From the NCBI RefSeq assembly GCF_963676665.2, contig NZ_CAXXNL010000011.1, positions 1,250,606-1,282,605 of the forward strand: DNA of 32,000 bases. The letters are read 5' to 3'. The stretch is from an uncultured Tolumonas sp. (GTDB lineage: Bacteria; Pseudomonadota; Gammaproteobacteria; Enterobacterales; Aeromonadaceae). This document shows, piece after piece, positions 17,947-27,290 of this stretch. The notes beneath the pieces are model-generated. The model saw only the letters and a list, made by a program, of their open reading frames with translations. It had not been told where the DNA came from and did no database searches. How positions within the stretch are numbered: position 1 is the stretch's first letter; each line of letters opens with the position of its first letter. Position numbers and translations under genes: made by a program.

Positions 17947-19009
17947 TCTGAGCTTCCTTAGCGGTTACTTTTACTAAGCGATATTTCAGCAGGAAATCAC
18001 TGGCGAGCAGCAGAAACAGCAGTGCGCCCTGAAATAAGCCGGTGATTGCGGTCGGAACACCTAACTCAATCTGAGCCATGTCGCCGCCCATATAGATCAA
18101 CCCCAGAAACAGACCGGATAGCAGCATACCAATCGGGTGCAAGCGGCCTAGCCATGCGACGATAATTGCGGCATAACCATAACCCGGTGATACCGATGGG
18201 ATCAGCTGACCAATAGGGCCTGAAACTTCACACGCACCAGCCAGACCAGCTAATGCACCAGACAACAGCATGATGCCCCAACGCAAGCGACGAATAGAAA
18301 AACCGGCATAGTGGGCGGATGACTCATCGTGCCCCAATACGCGGATCTGGAAGCCTAACCAAGTAAAGCGTAATAAGACCCAGCATAACACTGCAGCAAG
18401 TAACGCAAATAACACGCCCAAATGTACTCGGGTATTTTCAATCAGGATCGGTAACAGCTGTGAATCAGTAAACATCGCTGATTCAGGAAAGCCCATACCT
18501 TCTGGGTCTTTCAGCGGTCCATGCACGGCCCATTGCAATGCGTAAAGGGCAATGTAGTTCAACATGATGGTAGATAAGATGATATTGCTGTTGAACCATT
18601 GACGCAGTGCAATCGCAATACCGGACCAGGCCATACCGGCCAGAACACCAGCAATCAGGGCAAACCAGACGCTGAGCGAGTTATCAGCAAAATGCAGACT
18701 GACCGCACTACCGACGACAGCGCCCATCAAAAGTTGACCTTCAGCACCGATATTCCACAAATTAGCCTGATAACAAAGTGCCAAGCCAATTGCACAAAGT
18801 AGCATCGGTGCGGTTTTTACTAATAACTCGCCTATGTTGTAACCATCGGCAAGTGGGCTGATAAAGAACACATGCATTGCATGAAACGGATCTTTGCCCA
18901 GAAAACTAAAGAGCCCCATTCCCAGCAGAACAGTAAAAAACACCGCAATTAACGGTGAAACTATCTGCAGATACCACGGGATAAACGTACGAGGTTGAAA
19001 TTGCCACAT
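17939..19009 (-). CDS. ABC transporter permease (YufP/NupB-like), 356 aa
   Basis: Polytopic hydrophobic ORF lying 6 nt downstream of the ATPase gene. Confidence 0.85.
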   Translation of the reverse strand: MWQFQPRTFIPWYLQIVSPLIAVFFTVLLGMGLFSFLGKDPFHAMHVFFISPLADGYNIGELLVKTAPMLLCAIGLALCYQANLWNIGAEGQLLMGAVVGSAVSLHFADNSLSVWFALIAGVLAGMAWSGIAIALRQWFNSNIILSTIMLNYIALYALQWAVHGPLKDPEGMGFPESAMFTDSQLLPILIENTRVHLGVLFALLAAVLCWVLLRFTWLGFQIRVLGHDESSAHYAGFSIRRLRWGIMLLSGALAGLAGACEVSGPIGQLIPSVSPGYGYAAIIVAWLGRLHPIGMLLSGLFLGLIYMGGDMAQIELGVPTAITGLFQGALLFLLLASDFLLKYRLVKVTAKEAQNG

Positions 19010-19015
19010 GGTGGT

Positions 19016-20536
19016 TTATTCCTGCTCCAGAAATTGTCCGGCCATCCACTGACCGATCTGATTCGTGCTGGTGTCCTGAGTTTGAACCACAGGCGAAAGA
19101 TGTCCATCGAACAGTGCGGCAATGCGATCACTGATCAGGAACAGTTCATCCAAATCTTCAGAAATCACCACAATAGCCGCACCGCGATCGCGCAATTCCA
19201 TCAGTTCACGGTAGATTGCATTTGCCGCGCCAATATCAACACCCCAAGTTGGGTGAGCGCATACAAAAACATTCGGTTCGAGCGCGAGTTCACGACCGAT
19301 GATAAATTTCTGTAGGTTACCGCCGGAAAGTGATTGGGCGGGCGCATGTTCGTTGTGACATTTGACTTGATGTTGTTCAATGACATCACGAGTCCGGGCA
19401 GAAACTTTATGCCATTTCACCCAACCAAAGCGTTTCAAACCCAGCGTAGCGTTTGTCAGCAGCAAGTTTTCACGGAGGCTCATTTTGGGTGCAGCACCGT
19501 GACCGAGACGCTCGGCAGGTACATAAGCCATACCCAGACGGCGGCGGCGACCGACATTCAGTCGACCAACGGGCTTGCCATTCATGATGATCTGATCGCT
19601 GTGCGTACTAACCCGCTCACCACTCAGAATACTGAGTAACTCTTCCTGACCATTACCAGCGACACCGGCAATCCCCAAAATTTCACCACCACGCAGCGAG
19701 AAATTAAGCTTTTTCAGCGCGCAGGCAAAGGGGTTTGGTGCTGATGCAGAGAGGTCTTTAATTTCTAGATTAATTTTTTTGCTGGAGCGACGTTCATAGG
19801 TTTCAGCAATCGCGCTGTCACCCACCATCATCCGGGCGATACTTTCTGGCGTTTCATTGGAAGGAATACAGGCGCCGGTTACTCGTCCACCACGTAATAT
19901 GGTGGCGTTATGACAAAGAGCCGTCACTTCTTTTAGTTTGTGACTGATAAACAGGATCGTACAACCATCAGCAGCAAGCTGACGTAATACAACAAACAGG
20001 CTATCCACTTCCTGAGGCGTCAATACCGATGTCGGCTCATCAAGAATAAGCAGTTTGACCTGTTGGATCAGGCAGCGAAGAATTTCTACTCGTTGGCGTT
20101 CGCCCATGGACAAGCTAAACACATAACGATCTGGATCGATATTCAGTCCATAATTACCCGACAGCTCACGGATGCGTCCTGCTAGATCACCGATTTGTTC
20201 CCGCATCGACGGGGTTAGACACAAAGCGATGTTTTCCGTGACGGAAAGTGTTTCAAACAGCGAAAAATGCTGGAACACCATACCGATACCTAATTCGCGG
20301 GCATGAGAAGGAGAGCGGATCTGCAACTCCTGACCATCCCACACGATGGAACCACTGTCCGGGGTCACCAAACCATAAATGATTTTGACCAAGGTTGACT
20401 TTCCTGCACCATTTTCACCCAATAGTGCATGGATTTCACCACGTTCGAGCTTCAAATTGATCTTGTCGTTCGCAAGACAGCCGGGATATTGCTTTTTGAT
20501 ATCCCACAATTCAAGCTGGTAATGATGTGTTGTCAT
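19016..20536 (-). CDS. ABC transporter ATP-binding protein with two fused ABC domains (506 aa)
   Basis: Walker A is GENGAGKST, the signature is LSMGERQRVEI, and Walker B is LLILDEPTS. The second domain carries GVAGNGQEEL and LSGGNLQKF. Confidence 0.9.
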   Translation of the reverse strand: MTTHHYQLELWDIKKQYPGCLANDKINLKLERGEIHALLGENGAGKSTLVKIIYGLVTPDSGSIVWDGQELQIRSPSHARELGIGMVFQHFSLFETLSVTENIALCLTPSMREQIGDLAGRIRELSGNYGLNIDPDRYVFSLSMGERQRVEILRCLIQQVKLLILDEPTSVLTPQEVDSLFVVLRQLAADGCTILFISHKLKEVTALCHNATILRGGRVTGACIPSNETPESIARMMVGDSAIAETYERRSSKKINLEIKDLSASAPNPFACALKKLNFSLRGGEILGIAGVAGNGQEELLSILSGERVSTHSDQIIMNGKPVGRLNVGRRRRLGMAYVPAERLGHGAAPKMSLRENLLLTNATLGLKRFGWVKWHKVSARTRDVIEQHQVKCHNEHAPAQSLSGGNLQKFIIGRELALEPNVFVCAHPTWGVDIGAANAIYRELMELRDRGAAIVVISEDLDELFLISDRIAALFDGHLSPVVQTQDTSTNQIGQWMAGQFLEQE

Positions 20537-20854
20537 CCTCTTTACGACACTCCGAAAAAATTGATGTGGGAGTTAAGCAAAAAATCGTCCAATTTGCCAT
20601 TTTTTCTGTATGTGAAATCACTGATCAGCGAAAAAATCACCATGTGAAGAGGGCGATCAGCCGAATAATGTAGCGGATATGTAAAATGCAGGCATATGTC
20701 TAGCTTCAATACGGACTCACTGTATTTTAGTGGCGCTGAATTCGTTCCGATTATTTTATAACCGATAACTCATATTTTTCCTGCATTATTTTGATGTTGA
20801 GAATAGATATGTTGTTGAAAGCGTTTTTCTCTTCGGTTTTTTCTTTTTTATGGC

Positions 20855-22951
20855 ATGGAACAAATGAGTAACTTAGAACTAAAACGAAGCTGGTTGGCGC
20901 AGTTATTTTTTGGACGGCAAGATGCGGTTTTAGCGCATCAAACAAGCGGATTGAGCATTGCAGATGATTCCAAAAAACAGTTGTTACCATTTGCCCGCAT
21001 GAATGCCAAACCAGAAATAAAGCATTGTTTGTTTTGGTCTGATCTTTATATCACGACAGCACGGAAAACCTATCTTTATCGTGGTTTTTCTCGAACTCGT
21101 TTACGTCAGTTGGTGGTGTTGTTGAATCAAGGCTGGCAAAGTCATATCGAGCAACAATTAAATGCAGAGTATATAAATGCCAAAGCGATAAAAGCCGAAA
21201 TACGTGCTTTTGTAGATAGCTCTGCCTATCGGCGTGACTCACAACGTCAGTGGCTGGTGAATCGCTGTCAGGCTGTTTCTTCGGTATCTGCCGCGTTAAA
21301 AGCGCAATTTGCTACGCCTCTTCAGCAATCGACATTTAAATATCTGGCTGCTTTTGTTGCTGCATCGGAAGATAAAGTGAAAAAAGCAAATGCCAAATTT
21401 CTGCAACAGGAGACGATACGTTTTAAATCGTTTTTCGACACAATAGAAAAAAATCCACTCACGGTTGCACAACGACAAGCATGTCTGATTAACGAAGATT
21501 GCAATCTGGTATTGGCAGGTGCCGGCACAGGGAAAACCAGCACCATGATTGGCCGTGCGGGCTATCTGTTGGCAAGTGAACAAACAAAACCAGAACAAAT
21601 TTTAATGCTGGCGTTTGCTAAAAAAGCGGCGGAAGAGATGCAGGATCGTCAGGATAAATGTCTCAGCTCAATGCTGCCACAAGCCACGCCAACCATAAAA
21701 ACCTTCCATGCTTTGGGTTTAGAGATCATCTCGGTAGTTGAAGGCCGACGTCCAACTCTTACTGCCTTTGCGGAGGATAATGCGTTATTTACTCGTTTTA
21801 TTGAGAAAGTCGTTGCTGAATTAATGCAGGACGCGGCATATCAAGAAAAGGTAGTGAAATTTTGTGATTGCTCACCGTCGCTGACTTCAACATCTGATGT
21901 ATCGCAATTCCTCGCTGATTTTTTGGTGTTATTTAAACAGTCTTCTCAAACATTGGCTGCGTTAAAGAAGCGAATGCCCAAAAAGGGAAAGTCACGTTTT
22001 ACGCTGTTAATTGCGCTTTTTGAACCCGTTTTGACTGCGTATCAGCTTTATTTATCGGATCGTCATGAAATTGATTTTGCAGATATGATTGAAAAGGCGA
22101 TTGAATATATTGAAAACGGACGTTATCGCTCACCTTATCAGCACATATTGGTTGATGAGTTCCAGGATATCAGCCAACCCCGGGCGCGCCTGATCAAAGC
22201 ATTACTGGATCAACGGGATGATGCGGTGTTGTTTGCCGTTGGCGATGACTGGCAAGCGATCTATCGTTTTAGTGGCAGTGATTTAAGTGTGACGCAACGG
22301 TTTAGTGATATTTTTGGGGCTGCCAGTGTGACTGCGCTTGATACCACGTTCCGTTTCAATAATAAGATCGGCGATGTCGCTTCAGCTTTTGTGTTGCAAA
22401 ATCCTGCTCAGATAAAAAAATCGATCAACTCTGTGGCTGTGGTGGCTGAGCCTGCGGTGTCACTTATCCAAGTGAAGGATGCTAAGCGAGGGCTTCTTCA
22501 GGCGTTAAATGCCATCCACCAGCAAGTCATGAATCAGCCAGATCAGAAAACGTCTGTCGCTGTATTAGCGCGCTTTAATTTCCTGCTCGGTGATGACAGC
22601 CTGAAAGAGCTCAAACTGCAGATGGAAACGCAATATCCGTTATTGGATCTGCAATTCATGTCAGTGCATGCCTCGAAGGGGAAAGAAGCCGATTACGTGA
22701 TAGTGCTGGGTATGAACAATGGCAAATACGGTTTTCCGAGTCAAAAAGAGAGCGATCCGATTTTAGAGTTTCTTTTGCCTGAAAAAGAACAATTCCCCGA
22801 TGCGGAAGAGCGCCGGTTGTTTTATGTGGCATTAACACGTGCCCGGCATCGGGTATATCTAGTCTGTAATCCAACAGAGGTATCACCTTTTATTGCGGAA
22901 TTAATCGATCAGAAATATCCGGTTTGTAATGGTGAATTTGCCGCAAAATAA
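20855..22951 (+). CDS. helD: DNA helicase IV (HelD), UvrD-like SF1 helicase with an N-terminal extension (698 aa)
   Basis: LVLAGAGTGKTSTMIGRAGYLL...PEQILMLAFAKKAAEEM, HILVDEFQDIS, LFAVGDDWQAIYRFSGS, MSVHASKGKEADYVIV and PDAEERRLFYVALTRARHRV align block-by-block with E. coli HelD as I recall it. Confidence 0.9.
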   Translation: MEQMSNLELKRSWLAQLFFGRQDAVLAHQTSGLSIADDSKKQLLPFARMNAKPEIKHCLFWSDLYITTARKTYLYRGFSRTRLRQLVVLLNQGWQSHIEQQLNAEYINAKAIKAEIRAFVDSSAYRRDSQRQWLVNRCQAVSSVSAALKAQFATPLQQSTFKYLAAFVAASEDKVKKANAKFLQQETIRFKSFFDTIEKNPLTVAQRQACLINEDCNLVLAGAGTGKTSTMIGRAGYLLASEQTKPEQILMLAFAKKAAEEMQDRQDKCLSSMLPQATPTIKTFHALGLEIISVVEGRRPTLTAFAEDNALFTRFIEKVVAELMQDAAYQEKVVKFCDCSPSLTSTSDVSQFLADFLVLFKQSSQTLAALKKRMPKKGKSRFTLLIALFEPVLTAYQLYLSDRHEIDFADMIEKAIEYIENGRYRSPYQHILVDEFQDISQPRARLIKALLDQRDDAVLFAVGDDWQAIYRFSGSDLSVTQRFSDIFGAASVTALDTTFRFNNKIGDVASAFVLQNPAQIKKSINSVAVVAEPAVSLIQVKDAKRGLLQALNAIHQQVMNQPDQKTSVAVLARFNFLLGDDSLKELKLQMETQYPLLDLQFMSVHASKGKEADYVIVLGMNNGKYGFPSQKESDPILEFLLPEKEQFPDAEERRLFYVALTRARHRVYLVCNPTEVSPFIAELIDQKYPVCNGEFAAK

Positions 22952-23064
22952 GTTCCAAATGAGGGTTTGAGCGAAATGGGACTAAGGTTGATTGTTTCAG
23001 CGTCTTTTTCGTAACGATAATGGGAAATACTGATCTTGTTTTTATCACTACAGGATTTTCTATC

Positions 23065-23619
23065 ATGCGTAACTCGATTTTTCCTTTGTTATTGTCGGTC
23101 GGACTGATTTGTAATGTTGGTTCAGCCAATGCGGCCTCTAAATTTCAGCTGGATAGTACAGATCTGAATAATGGTAAATTTGCAGAAATGCAGGTATTGA
23201 ACAGTTTTGGTTGTAGTGGAAAAAATATTTCGCCGCAATTGAGCTGGCATGGGGAGCCTGCTGGCACCAAAAGTTTTGTCGTTAGTATTTATGATCAAGA
23301 TGCCCCAAGTGGTTCAGGTTGGTGGCATTGGGTTGTCGCTAATATTCCTGCGAAGATGCATGAATTGCCACAAGGTGCGAGTAGCGATGCGAGTAAATTA
23401 CCTAATGGCGCACTGCAGACCAATACTGATTTTGGAAAACCGGGTTATGGTGGGCCGTGTCCGCCTGTTGGTCAGACTCATCGATACACGATTACAGTTA
23501 CGGCACTAAAAGTAGAAAAGCTGGATGTGACAGCTGATTCAACAGGTGCCATGGTGGGTTTTATGACCAACATGAATAGTCTGGGTAAGGCGACTAAAAC
23601 AGTTAAATACGGTCGTTAA
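23065..23619 (+). CDS. Periplasmic YbhB/YbcL-family PEBP (Raf kinase inhibitor-like) protein
   Basis: I place the start at ATG 23065 (AGGA 9 nt upstream), giving the signal peptide MRNSIFPLLLSVGLICNVGSANA. The PEBP motifs are DQDAPSGSGWWHW, GYGGPCPP.G and HRY. Confidence 0.8.
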   Translation: MRNSIFPLLLSVGLICNVGSANAASKFQLDSTDLNNGKFAEMQVLNSFGCSGKNISPQLSWHGEPAGTKSFVVSIYDQDAPSGSGWWHWVVANIPAKMHELPQGASSDASKLPNGALQTNTDFGKPGYGGPCPPVGQTHRYTITVTALKVEKLDVTADSTGAMVGFMTNMNSLGKATKTVKYGR

Positions 23620-23843
23620 TGTATAAAGTCATTGCGGATTTAGACTCGCTTTGACTTTGTAAATATCATGTATGGATATCTGATGGTTCGAACAATTATA
23701 AATCGTGCCGGTGTGGGCGTTACTGCCCATATTATTCAGCGTAATTCCCTGGGGTTTATTCGGAATTTCGAATATCCGACATTGATTTTTGTACTGCATG
23801 GAACAAAAACGCTTCGCAGTAAGAATCAAACTCATATCATTCG

Positions 23844-23853
23844 GGCCGGCGAG
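23844..23853. repeat. Left target-site duplication GGCCGGCGAG
   Basis: Identical 10-mer directly abutting both IS ends; the match is 11 bp if the boundary is shifted by one G. Confidence 0.85.
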
Positions 23854-25064
23854 CAGGGCGGGATCGTACTTTGTTAATGAAGTTTGAACAGTCTGATCTG
23901 CTGTGATCTAATAGCCCCTTCTTTTGGAGGAGCCAAGCATGACGTTGATTGAACATCTTACTGTTGTTGAAGAAACACGCTCTGATATTAACCGAAAACA
24001 CGATCTGGTTGATGTCATCTTTCTTGTTATCAGTGCAATTATGGCTGGTGCAGAAGGTTGGCAAGATATTGAAACATATGGTGATTCTAAAGCTGAATGG
24101 CTATTTAAATATCGTCCATTCACACATGGTATCCCGCGTCGCCATACTATTGCTCGCATATTGCAGGGGATTGTCCCGGAAAGCTTACTGGATGCGTTGC
24201 TCAATTGGGTAAATGAGCAACGCACCCATCGTGGCAAACCCATGATTGCTTTTGATGGTAAGGTTCTCCGTGGCGCTTATCGCCATGATCCTAAGCAAGC
24301 CGTCCAGCTTGTGACCGCTTATGATACCGAAAATGGGTTAGTACTAAGCCAAAAAGCCACGCCGACAAAGAAGGGCGAAATTGCTACAGTCAAAGAGATG
24401 TTGGATATGTTGAACCTGAAAGGCGCGGTTGTGACCTTGGATGCGCTGCATTGCCAACGGGAAACACTGGAAAAAATCAGGGACAAGAAAGCGCATATCG
24501 TGGTGCAGGTTAAAAATAACCAGCGCAAATTACGGGCGACAGTACAATCTCAATTTCAGACCGTCTTTGACGCAAAAAAAGAGAAAACCGTTGTTGAGCT
24601 CAAAGAAGAAAGCCATGGCCGAAAAGAAGAACGTTATGTCTTTCAATTAAAAGCAAAATTACCCGAAGAGCTCGTGGAGAAGTGGCCGACAATCCGCAGC
24701 ATTATTGCTGTAGAGCGACATCGGGTAGTCAATGACAAGGGAACGGTAGACACCTCTTATTATGTCAGTTCGTTATCACCGAAACACAAGCTTCTGGGTC
24801 ACTATATCCGGCAACATTGGCGTATAGAAAACAGCCAGCACTACATTCTGGACGTCGTTTTCAATGAGGATGCCTCGCGAATTGTAATGGATGATGCAGT
24901 TGAACACATGGCGCTATTCCGAAGGTTTGTGCTGAACATACTTAAGCAAAATGAATGCGGTGCGCCAAGCCAACGAAATAAACTGAAGAAAGCAGGTTGG
25001 AATGATGATTATCGAGCTCAATTGTTCTTTGGTTAATTAATGTTCAAAGTATGCTCGCACCCTG
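23854..25064 (+). mobile_element. ISAs1-family insertion sequence (1211 bp)
   Basis: The imperfect terminal inverted repeats are CAGGGCGGGATCGTACTTTG (left) and CAGGGTGCGAGCATACTTTG (reverse complement of the right end), matching at 16 of 20 positions. There is a single transposase ORF, flanked by a 10-bp direct repeat. Confidence 0.9.
23939..25036 (+). CDS. ISAs1-family (H-repeat-associated type) DDE transposase, 365 aa
   Basis: ATG 23939 has a GGAGGAG SD 6 nt upstream; the track start is an upstream TTG. MTLIEHLTVVEETRSDINRKHDLVDVIFLVISAIMAGAEGWQDIETYG and ...HWRIENSQHYILDVVFNEDASR are typical of ISAs1-family transposases. Confidence 0.9.
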   Translation: MTLIEHLTVVEETRSDINRKHDLVDVIFLVISAIMAGAEGWQDIETYGDSKAEWLFKYRPFTHGIPRRHTIARILQGIVPESLLDALLNWVNEQRTHRGKPMIAFDGKVLRGAYRHDPKQAVQLVTAYDTENGLVLSQKATPTKKGEIATVKEMLDMLNLKGAVVTLDALHCQRETLEKIRDKKAHIVVQVKNNQRKLRATVQSQFQTVFDAKKEKTVVELKEESHGRKEERYVFQLKAKLPEELVEKWPTIRSIIAVERHRVVNDKGTVDTSYYVSSLSPKHKLLGHYIRQHWRIENSQHYILDVVFNEDASRIVMDDAVEHMALFRRFVLNILKQNECGAPSQRNKLKKAGWNDDYRAQLFFG

Positions 25065-25074
25065 GGCCGGCGAG
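25065..25074. repeat. Right target-site duplication GGCCGGCGAG
   Basis: See the left copy. Confidence 0.85.
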
Positions 25075-25764
25075 TGTGTTGCAGTTGATGGCGGTTTAAC
25101 CTTCGAGATTGTAAATGAAACATCAACGTCTGGTGCGTATGAGGCTTGGTGGATGGCATGGGATCCTCATTTACTGTCTGAGCATAATCGACAGTTAACC
25201 TATACAGAAAAAAATACAATTAGCGTGTGGCCCATTCGGAAGATTGAGCCTGTGTTTCAACAATCACTGGAAAAAGCATTAACCGCTTTATCAGATGAAA
25301 CCCGTGTTCCTGTGAATATTGCCAGGCATCAATTACATGAAGTTTTAATTTGGCTGGCACATTATGGTGTTTGCTTTCAGCCCCGCGAAATTACGACGAT
25401 TTCTGGCAAAATCCGCCAGTTGGTTGCTCGTGATCCTGCATATAAATGGACGGCTCCTCATTTTGCGAGCCTGATGGCGATGAGTGAGGCAACACTACGT
25501 CGTCGGCTGGTTGCAGAACAAGGCTCGCTAATGGAATTAATAAGCGATGTTCGTATGAATTTCGCGCTCACTTTATTACAGTCAACGGATTACCCTGTAT
25601 CCCAAATTGCTCAGGATGTGGGATATGAATCGCAGTCAAAATTTGCCATGCGTTTTCGTAAACGGTTTGGTTTTTCACCCATGATGGTAAGAGAAAAATC
25701 CAAAAGGATATGAGAATAGCGTTAGAATGATCGCTCTGATTTTCACATCCGATAAGAATTTCTA

Positions 25765-26958
25765 ATGGAAGAGACCCGAACTATTGCTAGCAGTAAATCG
25801 AGTGATACCCGTTTTCGCGTATTAGGTGCTATCAGCATGTCGCATTTTCTGAATGACATGCTGCAATCATTGATTTTTGCTATCTACCCGCTCTTGAAGG
25901 GCAATTACGACCTGAATTTTACGCAAATTGGCCTTTTGACACTGACTTATCAGCTAACCGCATCCATTTTACAACCCATGGTTGGCTTTTATACCGATAA
26001 ACACCCGAAACCTTATTCGTTAGTGGTGGGCATGGGGTCAACATGTGCGGGGCTATTATTACTAAGTCAGGCGCACACGTTTCCGCTGCTGCTGCTGGCT
26101 GCATCCATGGTAGGGCTGGGCTCTTCCATTTTTCACCCGGAATCGTCGCGGGTTGCCCGTATGGCTTCTGGTGGCAGACATGGTTTGGCACAATCGATTT
26201 TTCAGGTTGGTGGCAACGCAGGCACAGCGACCGGCCCACTTCTAGCAGCAATCGTGATTTTCCCATTGGGTCAGGGGAGTCTGGCTTGGTTCTCTCTGGC
26301 TGCATTACTGGCAATGTTCATTTTGTGGAAGGTGGGAAACTGGTATAGCCAGCAACATCGCAGCCAGAAAACGCATATTGCACCCAAAACATCTTCATTA
26401 TCCCACGGTAGAATTGCTCTGGCGTTGGGTGTGTTGCTGTTGCTCATTACCTCAAAATATCTCTATTTGGCGAGTCTGACGAACTATTACACTTTCTATC
26501 TGATGCACCATTTCGGTTTAGATGCACAGGCTGCACAATATCATCTGTTTATCTTTCTTTTTGCTGTCGCTGCCGGCACGGTGCTTGGTGGCCCTATTGG
26601 CGACAAGATCGGGCGCAAAAGAGTGATTTGGTTTTCCATCCTCGGGGTTGCGCCTTTTACGCTGGCCTTACCGCATGCAGATTTGCTTTGGACATCGATC
26701 TTATCTTTTGTGATTGGGTTTATTTTGGCGTCAGCATTTTCCGCGATATTGGTTTACGCGCAAGAATTGGTACCAGGCAGAATTGGAACGATTTCGGGCC
26801 TGTTTTTTGGTTTTGCCTTTGGTGTAGCCGGTATTGGCGCTGCATTGATGGGGCAGTTAGCCGATCGCTATGGCATCGAATTTGTTTATCAGATATGCGG
26901 CTGGTTGCCCCTCATGGGGGTGATTACGGCATTGTTACCTTCATTACATAAACGCTGA
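25765..26958 (+). CDS. fsr: MFS transporter, Fsr (fosmidomycin resistance)-like, 397 aa
   Basis: LGAISMSHFLNDMLQSLIFAIYPLL, FHPESSRVARMASGGRHGLAQSIFQVGGN and ASAFSAILVYAQELVPGRIGTISGLFFGFAFG are near-identical blocks to E. coli Fsr as I recall it. Confidence 0.8.
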   Translation: MEETRTIASSKSSDTRFRVLGAISMSHFLNDMLQSLIFAIYPLLKGNYDLNFTQIGLLTLTYQLTASILQPMVGFYTDKHPKPYSLVVGMGSTCAGLLLLSQAHTFPLLLLAASMVGLGSSIFHPESSRVARMASGGRHGLAQSIFQVGGNAGTATGPLLAAIVIFPLGQGSLAWFSLAALLAMFILWKVGNWYSQQHRSQKTHIAPKTSSLSHGRIALALGVLLLLITSKYLYLASLTNYYTFYLMHHFGLDAQAAQYHLFIFLFAVAAGTVLGGPIGDKIGRKRVIWFSILGVAPFTLALPHADLLWTSILSFVIGFILASAFSAILVYAQELVPGRIGTISGLFFGFAFGVAGIGAALMGQLADRYGIEFVYQICGWLPLMGVITALLPSLHKR

Positions 26959-27020
26959 AAGCAAGCTGGCTATTTTCATTAATCGTCTATCTTTATATTA
27001 GCGATTATGGAGATACAGTA

Positions 27021-27260
27021 ATGAAGAATATCAAGGTACTCGGAACTGGATGCAGCAACTGTAAAACCACTGTAAGACTGATTGATGAGATAGCAAAAGA
27101 AAATGGTGTTGAAATTCAATTAGAAAAGGTGGAAGAAATCCGTGACATTATGAGTTATGGCGTCATGGCAACACCTGGCGTCGTCATTGATGGTGAAGTA
27201 GTGCATTCAGGTGGCGTTCCATCAAAAGAGAAAATCCAGAAATGGTTTACGGCAAAATAA
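27021..27260 (+). CDS. Small thioredoxin-fold protein (redox-active disulfide protein 2 type), 79 aa
   Basis: MKNIKVLGTGCSNCKTT (CxxC) and ...GVMATPGVVIDGEVVHSGGVPSKEKI. A GGAGA SD lies upstream. Confidence 0.8.
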   Translation: MKNIKVLGTGCSNCKTTVRLIDEIAKENGVEIQLEKVEEIRDIMSYGVMATPGVVIDGEVVHSGGVPSKEKIQKWFTAK

Positions 27261-27290
27261 GGGAACTCTTTTGATGGGAAGGAATTATTG

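Larger units (their letters stand above)
23668..25713 (+). pseudogene. AraC-family transcriptional regulator interrupted by an IS insertion (5' part 23668-23853, 3' part 25075-25713)
   Basis: The left fragment ends ...THIIRAGE and then reads into the IS to a stop. The right fragment resumes ...AGE|CVAVDGGLTFEIVNE and ends with an AraC HTH (SEATLRRRL..., IAQDVGYESQSKFAMRFRKRFGFSP). Removing the IS plus one repeat copy (1221 nt, which is 3x407) restores a single ~274-aa frame. Confidence 0.9.

Noticed and set aside
20537-20854. Possible CRP/CytR or PurR operator, or a riboswitch, in the divergent region between the ABC ATPase gene and helD (GTGA/TCACA-like words around 20600-20650).
   Set aside because: I could not assemble a convincing TGTGA-N6-TCACA site or a PurR box. 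No conserved riboswitch core was recognisable by eye, so it is left unannotated.
1588-22951. The idea that ybjD (OLD nuclease), the post-mukB ORF and helD together form a defence island.
   Set aside because: The genes are 10-17 kb apart and separated by glycolysis, aminotransferase and transporter genes. ybjD and helD occupy E. coli-like core positions, so this is not an island.
23629-24243. Minus-strand ORFs (23629..23835, 23837..24064, 23908..24243) and the plus-strand ORF 23949..24212.
   Set aside because: They overlap the AraC 5' fragment or the transposase gene in alternative frames. They are composition-driven and have no support.
25051-25713. The track ORF starting MLAPWAGE..., considered as an independent 220-aa gene.
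   Set aside because: Its first 8 codons are IS right-end plus target-duplication sequence. The ORF is the 3' fragment of the IS-split AraC regulator.
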